Part shown: positions 63,830 to 64,000 of the stretch, piece after piece
How the letters are laid out: each line of letters opens with the position of its first letter
Position numbering within the stretch: position 1 is the stretch's first letter
Source: Octopus sinensis
Lineage: Eukaryota
DNA length: 64,000 bases
Assembly: GCF_006345805.1 (NCBI RefSeq)
Contig: NC_043000.1
Location: 111,414,001 to 111,478,000 of the forward strand
Reading direction: 5' to 3'
Notes under the pieces: generated by a model
Told to the model about the DNA's origin: nothing
Seen by the model: only the letters and a program-made list of their open reading frames with translations
The model's database searches: none
Position numbers and translations under genes: made by a program

Positions 63830-64000
63830 AAGATTGTTTGCCAACATAACATGGCAGTCCTGGTTTAGGACGAATGTTGCTGTAATTTAGCCCTAGGAGA
63901 TATCATCTCCAGCTGCTATACGACATGATCTGTGTCCTTATATTTTCAAACAAGGGAATCTAGCACCCTCACTCAGCTCAAAACATTTGTCTATCACGAT
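63830..64000 (-). mobile_element. Copy of the hammerhead-associated module, cut by the window edge
   Basis: Reverse complement of 48640-48812. Confidence 0.7.

Overview
Eukaryotic, AT-rich, extremely repeat-dense genomic DNA. The repeat landscape (RTE LINE 3' ends with (GAT)n tails, tRNA-derived SINEs, mariner/Tigger/hAT relics, massive TA/CA/GATA/CAT microsatellites) is what I would expect from an octopus genome; this is an inference, not a database match. Almost all ORFs in the supplied track are microsatellite artefacts. Real coding signal is limited to (i) decayed transposon ORFs (RTE reverse transcriptase, mariner, maT-like Tc1/mariner, two Tigger/pogo DDE relics), (ii) a phase-consistent 4-exon minus-strand gene fragment (61742->53579) encoding a putative FN3/Ig-like domain plus a hydrophobic segment, whose TGA stop is followed by 101 more in-frame sense codons, and (iii) one isolated plus-strand exon candidate (13724-13834). 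The most notable non-coding signal is a set of minimal type I hammerhead-ribozyme motifs with palindromic stem III (intact cores at 31161-31290 and 49342-49386; decayed or variant copies at 48611, 30981, 30506, 52476, 52725; one apparently cut by the window edge at 64000). Three of them head the same ~150-200 bp repeat module, suggesting a Penelope-like or retrozyme-type non-autonomous element. Several fold-back/inverted-repeat structures and MITEs are also described. No CRISPR, rRNA or genuine tRNA gene was found.
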